Positions 13,492 through 25,199 are shown, numbered from the stretch's first letter. The stretch: 64,000 nt of DNA from Octopus vulgaris (GCA_951406725.2 OX597817.1:109492001-109556000), one strand, 5' to 3'. A program made the numbers and translations. Notes: generated by a model not told the origin, from the sequence alone.

Positions 13492-13800
13492 TGCGTCGCA
13501 GAAATATTATTTGGTTTGCCACCCACCTTCTCTCTTAACATAAAAACGTATGTAGATAGGATATTCCTTAAGCTAATAGACAAACAATTCCCACGATCAC
13601 ATAAGTACGGACGCATTTGCAACAAGCACAATCTTAGGGTCCCTTTTAAATGTGTCGCCAATATTAAGAGCATTCCAGTTAGCACCCCTAGACCACGAGC
13701 GGAAGCAGGATGCTCATGCACGGACCACAGCGAGATGCCTAGCGAGAGGCCAATGCGAAACCAAAGTAGTTGGTCTATGAAGCTGAGGTACTGGCCGACT
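13492..13800 (+). pseudogene. Penelope-like element linker/GIY-YIG N-terminal remnant
   Basis: Translates RRRNIIWFA/PTFSLNIKTYVDRIFLKLIDKQFPRSHKYGRICNKHNLRVPFKCVANIKSI..GCSCTDHSE..(frameshifts)..VYEAEV. This resembles the PLE pattern RNIIWFNPPFSxNVKTNIGxxFLKLIDKHFP...CNC...C...VVYKAEV, recalled from memory. Confidence 0.8.
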
Positions 13801-14110
13801 CTAATAGCAACAGCAACATCAGAAGCTTCCTCAACAGCTACTATAGTAGTAGGGGCGACAGTACCAATAGTAGCAGCAACAGAGACACGAACAGAACCAA
13901 CAGCAGCACGACAACCCGCGAAAACAACTATAACATCACCGACAGCAATGGCACTATCCCTAACGGCAGCAGCAACACCACCAGGTTCCCTAATGGCTAC
14001 TACAATAGCAGGGTCGACAGTACCAATAGTAGCAGCAGCAGAGAACCAGCAGCAGCACCATCGCCAGCAACAGCAACAATAACAACATCGACAACAGCAA
14101 TGGCAGCAGA
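13801..14110. repeat. AGC/AAC low-complexity tract with internal duplication
   Basis: GCTACTA.A.TAG.AGGG.CGACAGTACCAATAGTAGCAGCA.CAGAGA occurs twice (~13837 and ~13997). Confidence 0.7.
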
Positions 14111-14111
14111 G

Positions 14112-14262
14112 CCGGTGTTGGTGTGTTTACGTCCCAATAACTTAGCGGTTCGGCAAATTATACCGATAGTATAAGTACTACGCTTGCAAAGAATAAGTCC
14201 TGGGGTTGATTTCTTCCACTAAAGGCAGTGCTCCAGCAATGCTGCAGTTAGATGACTGAAAG
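14112..14262 (+). mobile_element. SINE family A, 3' fragment
   Basis: GGTGTGTTTACGTCCC...CTTAGCGGTTCGGCAAA...AGAATAAGTCCTGGGGTTGATTT...GCAGTGCTCCAGCA...ATGACTGAAA. Confidence 0.8.
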
Positions 14263-14896
14263 ATATGTATACATAGACGCGCACGCGCATATATATATAT
14301 ATATATTATATATTCGTGTGCGTGTGCATATGTACTTGTACCTGTGTGCATGTGCGTCCAGAGATTGAGAGTGAAAGAGCTGGGGGAATATAAATCTTTT
14401 AAGTTAGATATTATCCTAAATGCTACATCTGTTGACAATGTAAATTATTACTGACGTTGATATTTATTTTATTCCCCTATTCAAGCACGTATGAATATAT
14501 AAAAGCTCTGCCGCTATATACATACAAAAGGAGTCTGAAAGGATATGTCTCGGCATTATGATTTGGAATGCCTTAATACTTATGTTGACTTAGCGAGCAA
14601 GGAAGAATTTGCATAGCTGATTCCTTGTATAGTAGCAATCCGACAATGAAGCAATATTTAAGACTTAGGTTTAACAAACCTGGTAGCAAATGTATGGATG
14701 ATATACTCTTGAATAATATTCGTAGTTCTTATGAATATAACTGGCATGAGGTTTACTTGTAGATTTTCTATATTGTGCAAACAATATATTTTTCATGCCT
14801 TTACTATAAAGTTTGCAAATTGTAAGATTTCACACGCATTCGACAGTACCTTTTGCTATCCTTTTGAAAATGATCAGTCAACAAAAGTTTATACAC

Positions 14897-14919
14897 GCAT
14901 ACATACATACATACATACA

Positions 14920-14953
<34 letters not shown>

Positions 14954-15210
14954 CATACTTACATACAAATATACCCTCACAAACATACATACATACCCAC
15001 ACATATATATATGCATACATGCATGCATACATATATACATACATACTTACATACATGCATAATTATATACATACGTACATACATATATACCCTCACAAAC
15101 ATACATACATACCCACACATATATGTATGCATACATGTATGCATACATGCATGCATATATACATACATACATACATACATACATACATACATACATACAT
15201 ACATGCATAC
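14897..15210. repeat. (TACA)n compound microsatellite with duplicated unit
   Basis: Direct reading; ATACCCTCACAAACATACATACATACCCACACATAT occurs twice. Confidence 0.9.
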
Positions 15211-15419
15211 ACTAGCTTGCCTTCCTCGATTTCAGCACGACGTGTATTCATAGTGAATGTATATTGTAATGTGGTGATTGACGATTTAAAGTCTATTCTC
15301 AGCATATTGGCATAGAAATCTATTTTTCTTTTACTCTTGTTTATAATTGCTTACATACAAACACATATATGTACACTGACATCTCAAGATTAAATAGATA
15401 CCATCACTTTCGAAAGATT

Positions 15420-15804
15420 TCTTTCTTTATTTTTGGGATATGCACTGGTCGATGAAGAGATTTACTTCTTGCTGATCTGCAAAATGCCTTGCAACATCAG
15501 ATCCTTTGAGGCGGATATTATTTTTTATCAATACTCTTGACAGCACAAAGGCACCTGACGCAATATTATTTTTATCAATACTCTTGACAGCACAAAGGCA
15601 CCTGGCGCAGGGCCGAAATTAACCAAAGTGCAATGCTGATTCTGTTCCTTTGCTGTTAAATTGTGCAATCATTTTATTGACTGTGGCAAGAGAAATTCCT
15701 TGGTTTTGTGCAACCTTACGCGGAATAACTCTACACACAGATTCACTTTTAACACGCCCTCCTTGTAAACCAGACATCTCTTTTGTTTGTCGTGTTCGCG
15801 GCAT
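15420..15804 (-). pseudogene. Tc1/mariner-type transposase N-terminal (HTH) remnant
   Basis: MPRTRQTKEMSGLQGGRV...RKVAQNQGISLATVNKMIAQFNSKGTE followed by a disrupted GRP-like motif, then an ARSKSLHRPVHIPK segment resembling Tc1 ARxKPLLxxxHxxxR. No DDE domain seen. Confidence 0.55.
15515..15609. repeat. 47-48 bp direct tandem duplication
   Basis: ATATTATTTTT(T)ATCAATACTCTTGACAGCACAAAGGCACCTG(A/G)CGCA twice (15515-15562, 15563-15609). Confidence 0.95.
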
Positions 15805-16035
15805 ACTAAACATTTAATATTCAGTAATCTGAAATAAAAAATAATAATTCATTAAAAATTCTTAAGCACGAGTTTATGTACGAACAAATAAAACGGTGTA
15901 ATCAGGGTCATGTATGTACTTTTGAGTATCTATCGTATGTACTTTTGAGTATCTATCTATATATATATCTATATAACTGTCTCACTCTCTCTCTCTCTCT
16001 CTTTGTGTATACACACACACACATGCACACACAAA

Positions 16036-16112
<77 letters not shown>

Positions 16113-16116
<4 letters not shown>

Positions 16117-16574
16117 GTTTATGAATTTGTGTTGCAAAAATTGTATGTTGAAACAGATTTTGTTGTATTTCGGGACGGTCATTTTTTTATTGCCAAATAA
16201 ACACACGCACTGTATATTCATTCTTCACTCGTTTACTACTGTTCTTATTGTAACTCATGTCCATTGTCCGGAAATCTTTCGTCACACATCTGCGGCCTCC
16301 TCAGCGACACTGTCTGTTCTCGTGTGTGCTCTTGATCAGCTTAGTCCATCCCATTCTTCCATGATGTGTATCCTTATATCATAGAAGTACAGAATGGACT
16401 AAACGGAGAAAGAGCACACACGAGGACGGAAAGTGTCTCTGAAGAGATCACAGATGTTTGACGAAAATTTTCTGGACAATGGATATGAGTTACAATAAGA
16501 ATAGCAATAAACAACTGAGGATCGAATATACAGTGCGTCTGTTTATTTGGCAAAAAGACTGACCACCCCGAAAT

Positions 16575-16579
<5 letters not shown>
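16113..16579. mobile_element. Older fold-back palindrome with hammerhead-like motifs (PLE-derived)
   Basis: Diverged inverted arms ~16162-16366 and ~16375-16579 between (TA)n tracts, with a ~50 nt tail on the left arm. Motifs CTGAGGA...GAAAGATTTC (minus, 16265-16309) and CTGAAGA...GAAAATTTTC (plus, 16434-16478). Confidence 0.7.
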
Positions 16580-16641
<62 letters not shown>

Positions 16642-16996
16642 CTGTGAGAGTTAGAGGTTAGGAAGCCAACCAACTAAGGGATAGTTCCTATCCAATATAC
16701 TGCTGGTAGTGTTCTCAATTATTAATAGCCAAGTACAGGTTATTGCGTGGCAATTTCGCAGTTGAGTATCATATATGGGCGGGGGTAAAAAATGGTTTAC
16801 CCTTAATTTATACGGCAAAAAGAAAATGGGGGGGGGGATACAAAAATCACATACATCAGCCGGTAGACATTCTATTATGTCTATTTATTCCAAAATAAAA
16901 GGGACTGTTATAAGAATACGTACACATACAAAGACTGTGTGCTACACAAATATATACTAGTAATACACAAAAGAGTAAAAGATTAAAAGATCAGTT

Positions 16997-17119
16997 CCTT
17001 ACGGCCGTTTCTGCCAAGAGGGCACGATATCCTCCATGCTAGCTCCATCTCTTCAGTGTTCTGCAGTGATGTGTAGATAGAGTTTGGATGTTCAGTGTGT
17101 CTCTAGGCTTCATCAGAGG
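16997..17119 (-). ncRNA. Type I hammerhead motif with long stem II insertion
   Basis: Minus strand CCT-CTGATGA-AGCCTAGAG-[~80 nt]-CTCTTGGCA-GAAAC-GGCC-GTA-AGG, with palindromic stem III ACGGCCGT. Lies in a ~580 bp unit (16640-17220) whose 3' end runs into (TA)n. Confidence 0.65.
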
Positions 17120-17293
17120 GTCTAAATGTTTAGGAGAGCCGATACATACAAAAGTCAGTTACAAATAGGTACTGCATATGTCTCTTATTGAAGAGGGCAT
17201 AAGAAGAATAGGAGTAAGACTTACAGTGTGAGAGGAGCCCGGTGTGCTAACGATTCTACTAGCTCACCGTCTTAATAATAAGCGGTGTTAAAT

Positions 17294-17739
17294 TATCCAA
17301 CAGAATTTCTCAATTCATTGGAGCCTCCAGGACTACCTCCACACAGATTGGAACTTAAAGTAGGAACTCTAGTAATTTTATTGAGGAATTTGGATCCACC
17401 GACGCTCTGAAATGAGACACGCCTGGTGGTAAAAAAGATGATACTACATATTATTGAGGCGACTATTCTATCTGGACACGGAAAAGGAGAGGACGTTTTT
17501 ATATTCAGGATTCCTCTCATTCCATCGGTTGTAAAAATTCCATTTCCATTCAGAAACGTGTAATTTCTTATTCGTAATAACCTTGAATGTCTATCAATAA
17601 ATCCCAGGGTCAAACACTGTCTGTGGTAGGACTTCCCTTGGAAATATTGTACTTCTCTTGAGTGGGAAGCAAAAAATATCTGTTTGCATTTCTTCCATAA
17701 GGGAAAACAAACAATATTGTTTACCAAGAGGTCTTGTAG
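17294..17739 (+). pseudogene. Helitron RepHel Pif1-type helicase C-terminal remnant
   Basis: [48 protein letters not shown]...GEDVFIFRIPLIPS...MSINKSQGQTLSVVGL...GKTNNIVYQEVL*. Hallmark Helitron/Pif1 motifs with stops and frameshifts. Not in the ORF track because of the stops. Confidence 0.92.
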
Positions 17740-18050
17740 GAATTATTACATCCTACGATGCGTTCCACCATCCACTGCTCTTTGCGAATGGTGAACATGG
17801 ATACCATTTTAGCATAACACCAACAAACCCGAAGACTGCGCCAACAAAGCAGTTTCTAGCACGGACCCCACCCAATTTTCCATGATAGGTTAGGGTCTGG
17901 AATCCTCCAAACGGACGCATGGCATGTCGTTTAGTCGAATTAGCCCATCATGTACTCCACGAATACTTTGTTGCCAATGTTGCACTTTCTCGTAACACAT
18001 GCTTCAACATGCCATTTTTAATCCCGAGCAACGCCGGGTATCTCTGCTAG
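17294..18050 (+). mobile_element. Helitron 3' portion
   Basis: Helicase remnant, then hairpin CCCGAGCAACGCCGGG (18023-18038) and CTAG (18047-18050). The hairpin is identical to 1371-1386. Confidence 0.85.
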
Positions 18051-18067
18051 ATATTACTAAAGTGTCG

Positions 18068-18280
18068 ATGTGACAGTATCGTTAGCACGCCGGTAAAAGT
18101 GCTTAGCGATTTTTCGTCCGTCTCTACATTGTGTTCAAGTGCCACAGAGGTTGACTTTGCCTTTTATCCTTTCGGGGTCGTTAAATTAAGTACCAGTTGA
18201 TTACTGTGGTCGAAGTAATCGAATATACCTCTCCCCCACACCGGAATTTCAGGCCTTGTGCCTTTAGTAGAAAGTATTAC
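18068..18280 (+). mobile_element. SINE family B
   Basis: ATCGTTAGCACGCCGG...GCTTAGCG...GAGGTTGACTTTGCCTTTTATCCTTTCGGGGTCGTTAAATTAAGTACCAG...TTTCAGGCCTTGTGCC. Confidence 0.8.
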
Positions 18281-18900
18281 AATTATTACTGTTACTTTTG
18301 TTGTTGTTGTGCCACATATTGTAAACATTCAACGAGGGTGCATTGTAGTGACCGCACTACTCTTTAGAAGTAACAAACAGCCCTGTTTCACAAAAAAATC
18401 TTCAGAAAAGTATAGGAATATATAATATATATTGCATTGCATATACTACGTCTGAAACTACACGGGAACGGTCACGGCGTGGTTGTCTTTAGTCACAGGA
18501 ATGATTCATCAGACTTGACCTGATGCATAGCTACAATCACAACAACAACATCAAACAAAATCGACAAAACAAGAAGAAAGTTTGATACAATATGAGAAAA
18601 TTGAATTAATTCTCATTTCGTGCTCTGAAATATGTTGGGAGATATTATCAATGCTAAATCTCTGCGTGTGACAAAATATCTTATACAGTCTACTGTTTCA
18701 ACAAATAACTAAAGATATGTTTATTATATACAGAAATTTTACGATGATTTTTTTTTTCAACTCTAGAACATTATCTGAAAGAAACGTGAAAATCTTGCAG
18801 ATAAAGATAAACATGCTATTCATATACATGTGTGTTTGTGAGTGTGTGTAAGTAAATACATTTATATTCATATATATATATATGTGTGTGTGTGTATGTG

Positions 18901-18950
<50 letters not shown>

Positions 18951-19167
18951 TGCGTGCGTGTGTGTGTGTGTAATGTTTGTATCCATGAGCATAACGTCTT
19001 CCTCGAAACCAAATCAATGAAAAATTATTTGGAAACCTCTGTGTATAGAATACTCACATGTGTGTGCTCGTGTGTGTAAATATATATGTTTCTCTGCGTC
19101 TGTACACACACACAAACACGCACACATACATGTACAGGTATGTGTGTGTGCGTGCGTCCGCGCAAAC

Positions 19168-19210
<43 letters not shown>

Positions 19211-20397
19211 CGCGCTGTTTCGTTAGACCGCGTAAGGTAGTATGCATTAAATTATTTGTCGCAACAATCAGCATTCTTATTTCAAATCGCGCTTTCTATT
19301 CTGAGGTTGACAAATAACGTGCCATTCGATTATGGCGGATAGTCAGAAAAACGAACAAGTTGCCTATCACTTGCATATATTCTGATTTCAAATCCCGCTT
19401 CCTATTGCCGAAATCCAGTCAAAAGCGACGATAGACTTGCGACTTTTGTAAACTGTTATCCGACTATTTTAGTAAATAACTCTCAAATGCAACACCCCAG
19501 ATAGCAGAAGAAAATGCAAAGTAACTTTTAGCGGTACACTCTCAAAAAAGTGTTAAGTGTATGTGAGTCTTGTGTGTGTATGTGTGTGTATACATACACG
19601 TATGACAATGCGTCTTCTGACTGTTTAAGTGAGATTGTACTTTGTCTATGTGTCTAATCAATTCTTAATCCCTTCTGCTGATTTGCTTTCAACATGTGTT
19701 CAAATTTTACGCAAATGATTGTGCTCTCTCTTGATACTGGACGTTCATACATTTTTCTTTTATTTATATCATATCCAACTAAGCCGTGCACACTGTATAT
19801 TAGATATTGTATTTCATATATTTTCCCAATATATCTGTTGTCTAGTCCAATAATTATATATCCATCAAAGTCAAAACTCCAACTTTCCGATAGAAACACA
19901 TTATGTAACCTTATCACACCAGGTTTATTTCTCTCTCGATTTTCTTCCACTAATGAACCCCTTTGTGTTTATGCTACTGTACGTTTCCCGTATATCAAGT
20001 ATCTATTATTGACTGTTCCATAGCAATAACAATATTTTATATCATAGCTAACAACATATTCGATAGTAATATGATCTTATCATAAGTTTGCCAGATACCG
20101 AAAAACAGCGTTATAGCGATTATTTACATTTGAAAATATTTTCTCATTCTCTTCCCAGTTTGTGTTTAAACACACACACACACACATTCACACACACACA
20201 CACACATTCACACACACACACACACACACACGTACATACACATGCACAGACCCAAACACACCGAAACATTCACAGACATACACACCTTGTGTGACATACT
20301 GAGCTGTAGTAAGTATAAATCAGTCTACCAAGAGCTTGTTCGATACATATTCCTCAAATTTGTCTTTTTAATGTTTATTATTTAATTATTTAATCAG

Positions 20398-20781
20398 AGA
20401 AGGAAGGGCTGTACTCATATCATCTTTGAAAGTAAGATTAACATGAGGATGGGCAGTGGTATCCTTTGGCCAGACAGTTGGTCTAAATACCTGCAAAGAT
20501 TCGATTCTACCAGTTGCACCCAATCACCAATTAGTGATTTTAACATGAACGAGCGATTTGGTCTACCTCCTGGGAAAAGGATCTACACTTCGGAGGAATT
20601 TGCTCAAAATTTCCATTTACCAAATGTCATTCAAAACTTCTTCATCGACTTTGGAAGAAGAAAATTGCCCGATGTCCGGCAATGGGGTTCAATTGAGTTA
20701 CGAAGCGATCTTCTAAATCGCCTTTGTATACACGTCAATGAAATATCCTCTGTGCAGTCAACTGTTGAGTCAGTAGACTGA
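20398..20781 (+). CDS. Candidate terminal coding exon of an unidentified host gene
   Basis: T-rich acceptor TTTAATCAG| at 20397 leads in phase 0 into 127 non-repetitive sense codons (RRKGCTHIIFESKINMRMGSGILWPDSW...VESVD*). GC is higher than the flanks and the other frames are interrupted by stops. No recognisable domain or upstream exon found. Confidence 0.4.
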   Translation, partial: RRKGCTHIIFESKINMRMGSGILWPDSWSKYLQRFDSTSCTQSPISDFNMNERFGLPPGKRIYTSEEFAQNFHLPNVIQNFFIDFGRRKLPDVRQWGSIELRSDLLNRLCIHVNEISSVQSTVESVD

Positions 20782-20969
20782 AACGATGCTCAATTTGTAC
20801 ACCTTAAATAATGAACTTGATTAATCGAAGTTCGTTAGTTTCAATAGCAGAATAAGAAAGAAACGATTTCTTGCTCGGTTCTACTAAAGGTTTAACTATG
20901 CCAAAAAATAAAATCAGAAGTGACTACCAGCAGAATTGATTTTCATGCATAATTGACTGTGTAGGCATA

Positions 20970-21307
20970 GTTGGCAAAGGGTGAAGACCCCCTTCAATCA
21001 TGAATGATCATGGGATTGCACCTAGAAAGTTCCCCTCCGATGCACAAGTCTCGGTGAAGTTGGTTATAGATCACCCTTGCATACCAGCCTGCTATCTCCA
21101 CGCCAGTGATGTTGTTCAAGGGAAAGGCAAAGGACAATTCAGCTTGGCATCAGTGACGTCGCAGCTCATTTCTATAGATGGGTAAACTGGAGTAACTTGA
21201 AATAATGTGTCTTTCTCAAGAACACAACACACAGCTCGGTCCGGGAATCGAACTCACTACTTCATAATAGTGAGCCCGACGCTCTAACCACTGAACCATG
21301 CCTCTTC
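20970..21307 (-). mobile_element. tRNA-derived SINE, family C
   Basis: Minus strand GAAGAGGCATGGTTCAGTGGTTAGAGCG (A box)...GAGTTCGATTCCCGG (B box), then a non-tRNA body ending GAAGGGGGTCTTCACCCTTTGCC. Confidence 0.75.
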
Positions 21308-21689
21308 ATACGCACAACTTATAGTTAAAAGTGAAATTTTCGTTTAGTGAAAATTACATGAAGATATGAAAAAGATCTTTTCGATTCCATCTTGTCATTT
21401 ACTTCCTAGTTTTCTTATGTATCTACAGAACTTAGAGGAGGCGTCAATGTCTTTCGTATATTTATAAGAAACAATAGCAAACAAACCTTTAAACACCCAA
21501 CCGTTAAAAAAAAAGTGTTTATTAGATTATGTATACATACACATAACACAGGATGACTATTTCTGTAACACCTTTGGCTTTAGTTTTGTTCAATCGGTAA
21601 TAATCATGAATTAAACAGTAATTACAACACACAACACTTTTAAATTATATACATACGTATATTCTGAATAAACTTTTCTGCTTTTGAAT

Positions 21690-21956
21690 ATCTTTTATTT
21701 GTTTCAGTCATTTGGCGGCGGAACTTATTTGTATCGGTTTCTCTTGCCAACCTATATGTTATGGGAAGGCAAACACACCTACACCGATTGTTAAGCGGTG
21801 ATGAGGGGACAAAAACAGAAGCACGCACACATATGTGTATGTGTGTGTGTGTATCTATCTATCTGTATATACGACAGGCTTCATGCGGTACCGCGCAGTG
21901 AGACTGAATCCGGAACCATGTGGTTGGGAAGCAAGCCTCTTACCACAAAGCCACGC
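21690..21956 (-). mobile_element. SINE family A, diverged and internally deleted
   Basis: TTGTTTCAGTCATT tail, GGGGACAAAAACAG, ACGACAGGCTT, CGCAGTGAGACTGAATCCGGAACCATGTGGTTGG...TTACCACAAAGCCAC. Confidence 0.75.
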
Positions 21957-23984
21957 AAGTTCCTGATTTCCAATTAGGAGAATATCCCCCATAAATTTAG
22001 AGAAAATATAAGTGAATACTTATATGGAGATATAAGTCGTGATATGAAGAAAAGTAATTAAGTCAAGAAATTAATTAAAGAGAGGTTTAGGGAATGTTTA
22101 CAGAGGAAAAGTCTTTTCTTGCAACCTCTATATTTGTATTTGAAAATTTCTAACGGTGAAATCCATTTTAGCTGGTGTTTGTCATAACTTTATCTCGTTC
22201 TTTCTTCCTTTTCTCGATGTGGGTTGCTTTGAATTCTAGGAATAATTGAAATTAACGGTTATATTCTTCAAGAAACCATACGCCTCCAAAAGAGTCTTGT
22301 GATGAAAAACAAAAGCAAAAACAATGATAATCTGTGACTGAGATGTCTGCACTATTTTGCATCAACAGACTTTACTTGCGAGATTTCTAACACTGTACAA
22401 TATTCACACAAAAGATAATATATTTTTCCTAATCTATTATTAACGAAAGTGTTGTGTATTTGCACGTGAAGGATAAAAATTTGATCATTGAAGGGGTGAC
22501 AATTCAGAATGCTATTATAATAAATGTACAGAACAAAGAAGAATCGTACAATCACAAACGCTTGAGAGAAATTTTGTTATATAATTATACATAAGAATAT
22601 ATGACAAATTATTGCTTTGAGGTAAAGTCATATTATTCACTAAACACACATACATAGACATTGATATTCATAGTTGCATTGTTGTTTTTATTTTTACCAA
22701 TATTGAATTAAGTATCATATTGTTCGCGTTGTACATCTATATCACTGTATATATTAGAAGTAAGTTGTTTAACAATTCTAATAGGTTCTAGTTTGCTCTG
22801 GGTGTATTTTTATTGTTTCATTCTCTATTTCTTCGATTTGTTTTTCTTTTTCTTGATATATCTTACCTTTTCCACTTTCCTTTTATAAACGTTGTTTTTA
22901 AGGATATCAACTTGCTACAAATTGCAGCCAATTCTTTCGTATTTAAACTGTGCTCTCTTCAAAAGAGGAAACACATATCGAGTAAATGTATTATACCTAA
23001 ACACAAGAAATAGCAATTAAGCTAACGAGGTGTTTTCTACGATCGAAATACTAGAAAATGCGGTCAAATACCCGTTAAAACACCCTCTACTCTCCTTAAC
23101 ATTGAACGGTCACACTGGGTAATGCAACATGTAAAAAGATGAAGTAGTAGAAACAAGGAGAGAGAATCTATGTGTTGCCTCGATCTGTTAGAAACAGAAG
23201 GCCAATCATTCTCAAGTCAGATTCAGTTATCTTTAAAAAGTAAAAGCAAATTGGATCATGTCTACTGCCTAAGTAAAATTAAGATAAGATGCCCAGACAG
23301 TGGTTGTCGGCTGGAATGTCATTGATAGTGGATTTAGTCAAACACAGTTGATCCGGAGCTGAACAAAATCAGGTAACTCTCTTTCCCCCACTCTGTTTCT
23401 CTTTCACTATATATCTCTCTCATTCCCGCTCTTTATCTCTCTCTTATCCTAAAAGATTTACAATATCCTCCTTTTAAGTGGTATTTTTATTTGCCATTAA
23501 TCATCTTCCCATTTTTTGCGTGTTCTATTTTACATTGTGAGGATGATGTTCTTTTTTTTTATTTAGAGGCAGAAACACCAATACATGTGACAAGAAGTTA
23601 TCCTCAGACTAGAAACTTAAATCAAACGCTTACATTATCCCTCTTTGCTAGTTCACTATTTTCATTCCCCTCCGCACATATGATGAGAAGAAGCTGTAGC
23701 TTTGTGTACATTGCAATTTATTGTATAACTCTTAATGTTAATGAAATTTAACATCAACATTAAGGAAAATGAATCAAACAAAAACAATACGACTAATGAT
23801 AATGAATTGTTCAGCTTAAAATCAATTTCCTCACTGAAATCCCCAAGTTCCCTTCAGGAAGAAATTCCTTCTAGATTAAGACAATGCCATATGAAAATAA
23901 TGATTATGTGAAAAGATTTATATTAAATGTGCATGAGAAAGAGAGACGAGCAAACAAGAGTTATACTTGCACGCAAACACGTGT

Positions 23985-23985
<1 letters not shown>

Positions 23986-24059
<74 letters not shown>

Positions 24060-24060
24060 A
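23986..24060. repeat. (GAAA)n microsatellite
   Basis: Direct reading. Confidence 0.97.
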
Positions 24061-25199
24061 ATGGAAAGAAAAGTCATCATATTTTGCCATCTACTTTTAC
24101 AAGCTCCCTCGTTAGCTATCCCCACCTGAATTCCCTATCAAATATTGGAAGTTATTGTTTGCGTTAAAAAAAACCTTCGAAATCAATAAAATATGAAATG
24201 TTTTGTTCCATAAACTTGAATAACTAGTTGCAACGGATATAAATTCATGTCACAGAAGCCAACAGACAATACCTTATGACCATGAATATGACATAATTCA
24301 TTTCATATATATTTTTCTTCATACGGAGAACGTTCATCTCATTCTCCGTATGAAATTCGCGTCGTATTGATAACGTTATACTCTGTTAATAAATATTGTT
24401 TCAAAAATGTTTATCCTTTAAAATATTCACGTAATAATTTAAAACGGTGAAATTTATTAGTGTTCACAATGTATAAAACATAATTTAATTATCCTCATAA
24501 GAGTTATCGGGGTTTTCTCAGTGATTAAATTACGTTTGCGTTTTGAACCGCCAAGGGTGGTCTTTGATCTGTGTGAGACCTCCTTCAACAAAAGATGTTC
24601 AGTCAGTGTATTTGGTAACTAATCGCTACTGGGCTTTGCAATCTCTACTAATTACTTCCTTATTGTTATTCTTCTCAATAACTTTCAGATAATCTCTACC
24701 GATTTTATCCAAGAAAGTGGATAGATATCACATCATGCAGTCATTAAGCGCTTCCGTCCAGATAATACATCTTTATTTGATAAGAAGTTTAATCTATCTC
24801 TGAGACATCAGAGATACTAAATTTCGAACAAGCATTCAGCTTCATTATCCTCAAATTATCATAGGACTAAAAAATTGGATTAGCAGAATCGTTTGAGCTT
24901 GGGACAAAACGCTGTGCAGTATTTCTTACGGATCTCTAAATACCGAGTTCACATCCCAACACGGATTAAAGAGAATTCACAATCCGATAATATTTGTCAT
25001 TCAGTTTGTTAGAAAATCTCTTTTATTATTTGGAATGTTCCCACTTCTGAAATTTGAAGATGTGACTCTCATCACTCCTGCGATGAAATTAGTGAGGTAA
25101 TGGATGCGACAATGTATCAGCACAAGACAGAAACTTCATTATTGTGGTAATTTCCTGCTTAATGCTTTTCGTTTCTTTCTTTATTCGATGAAAGTAAAT

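Noticed and set aside
17293-17727. 144-aa minus-strand ORF
   Set aside because: Antisense shadow of the plus-strand Helitron helicase remnant.
21230-21307. tRNA-like sequence with A and B boxes
   Set aside because: It continues into a SINE body with no complete cloverleaf, so it is a SINE head. The same applies to the family A and B heads.
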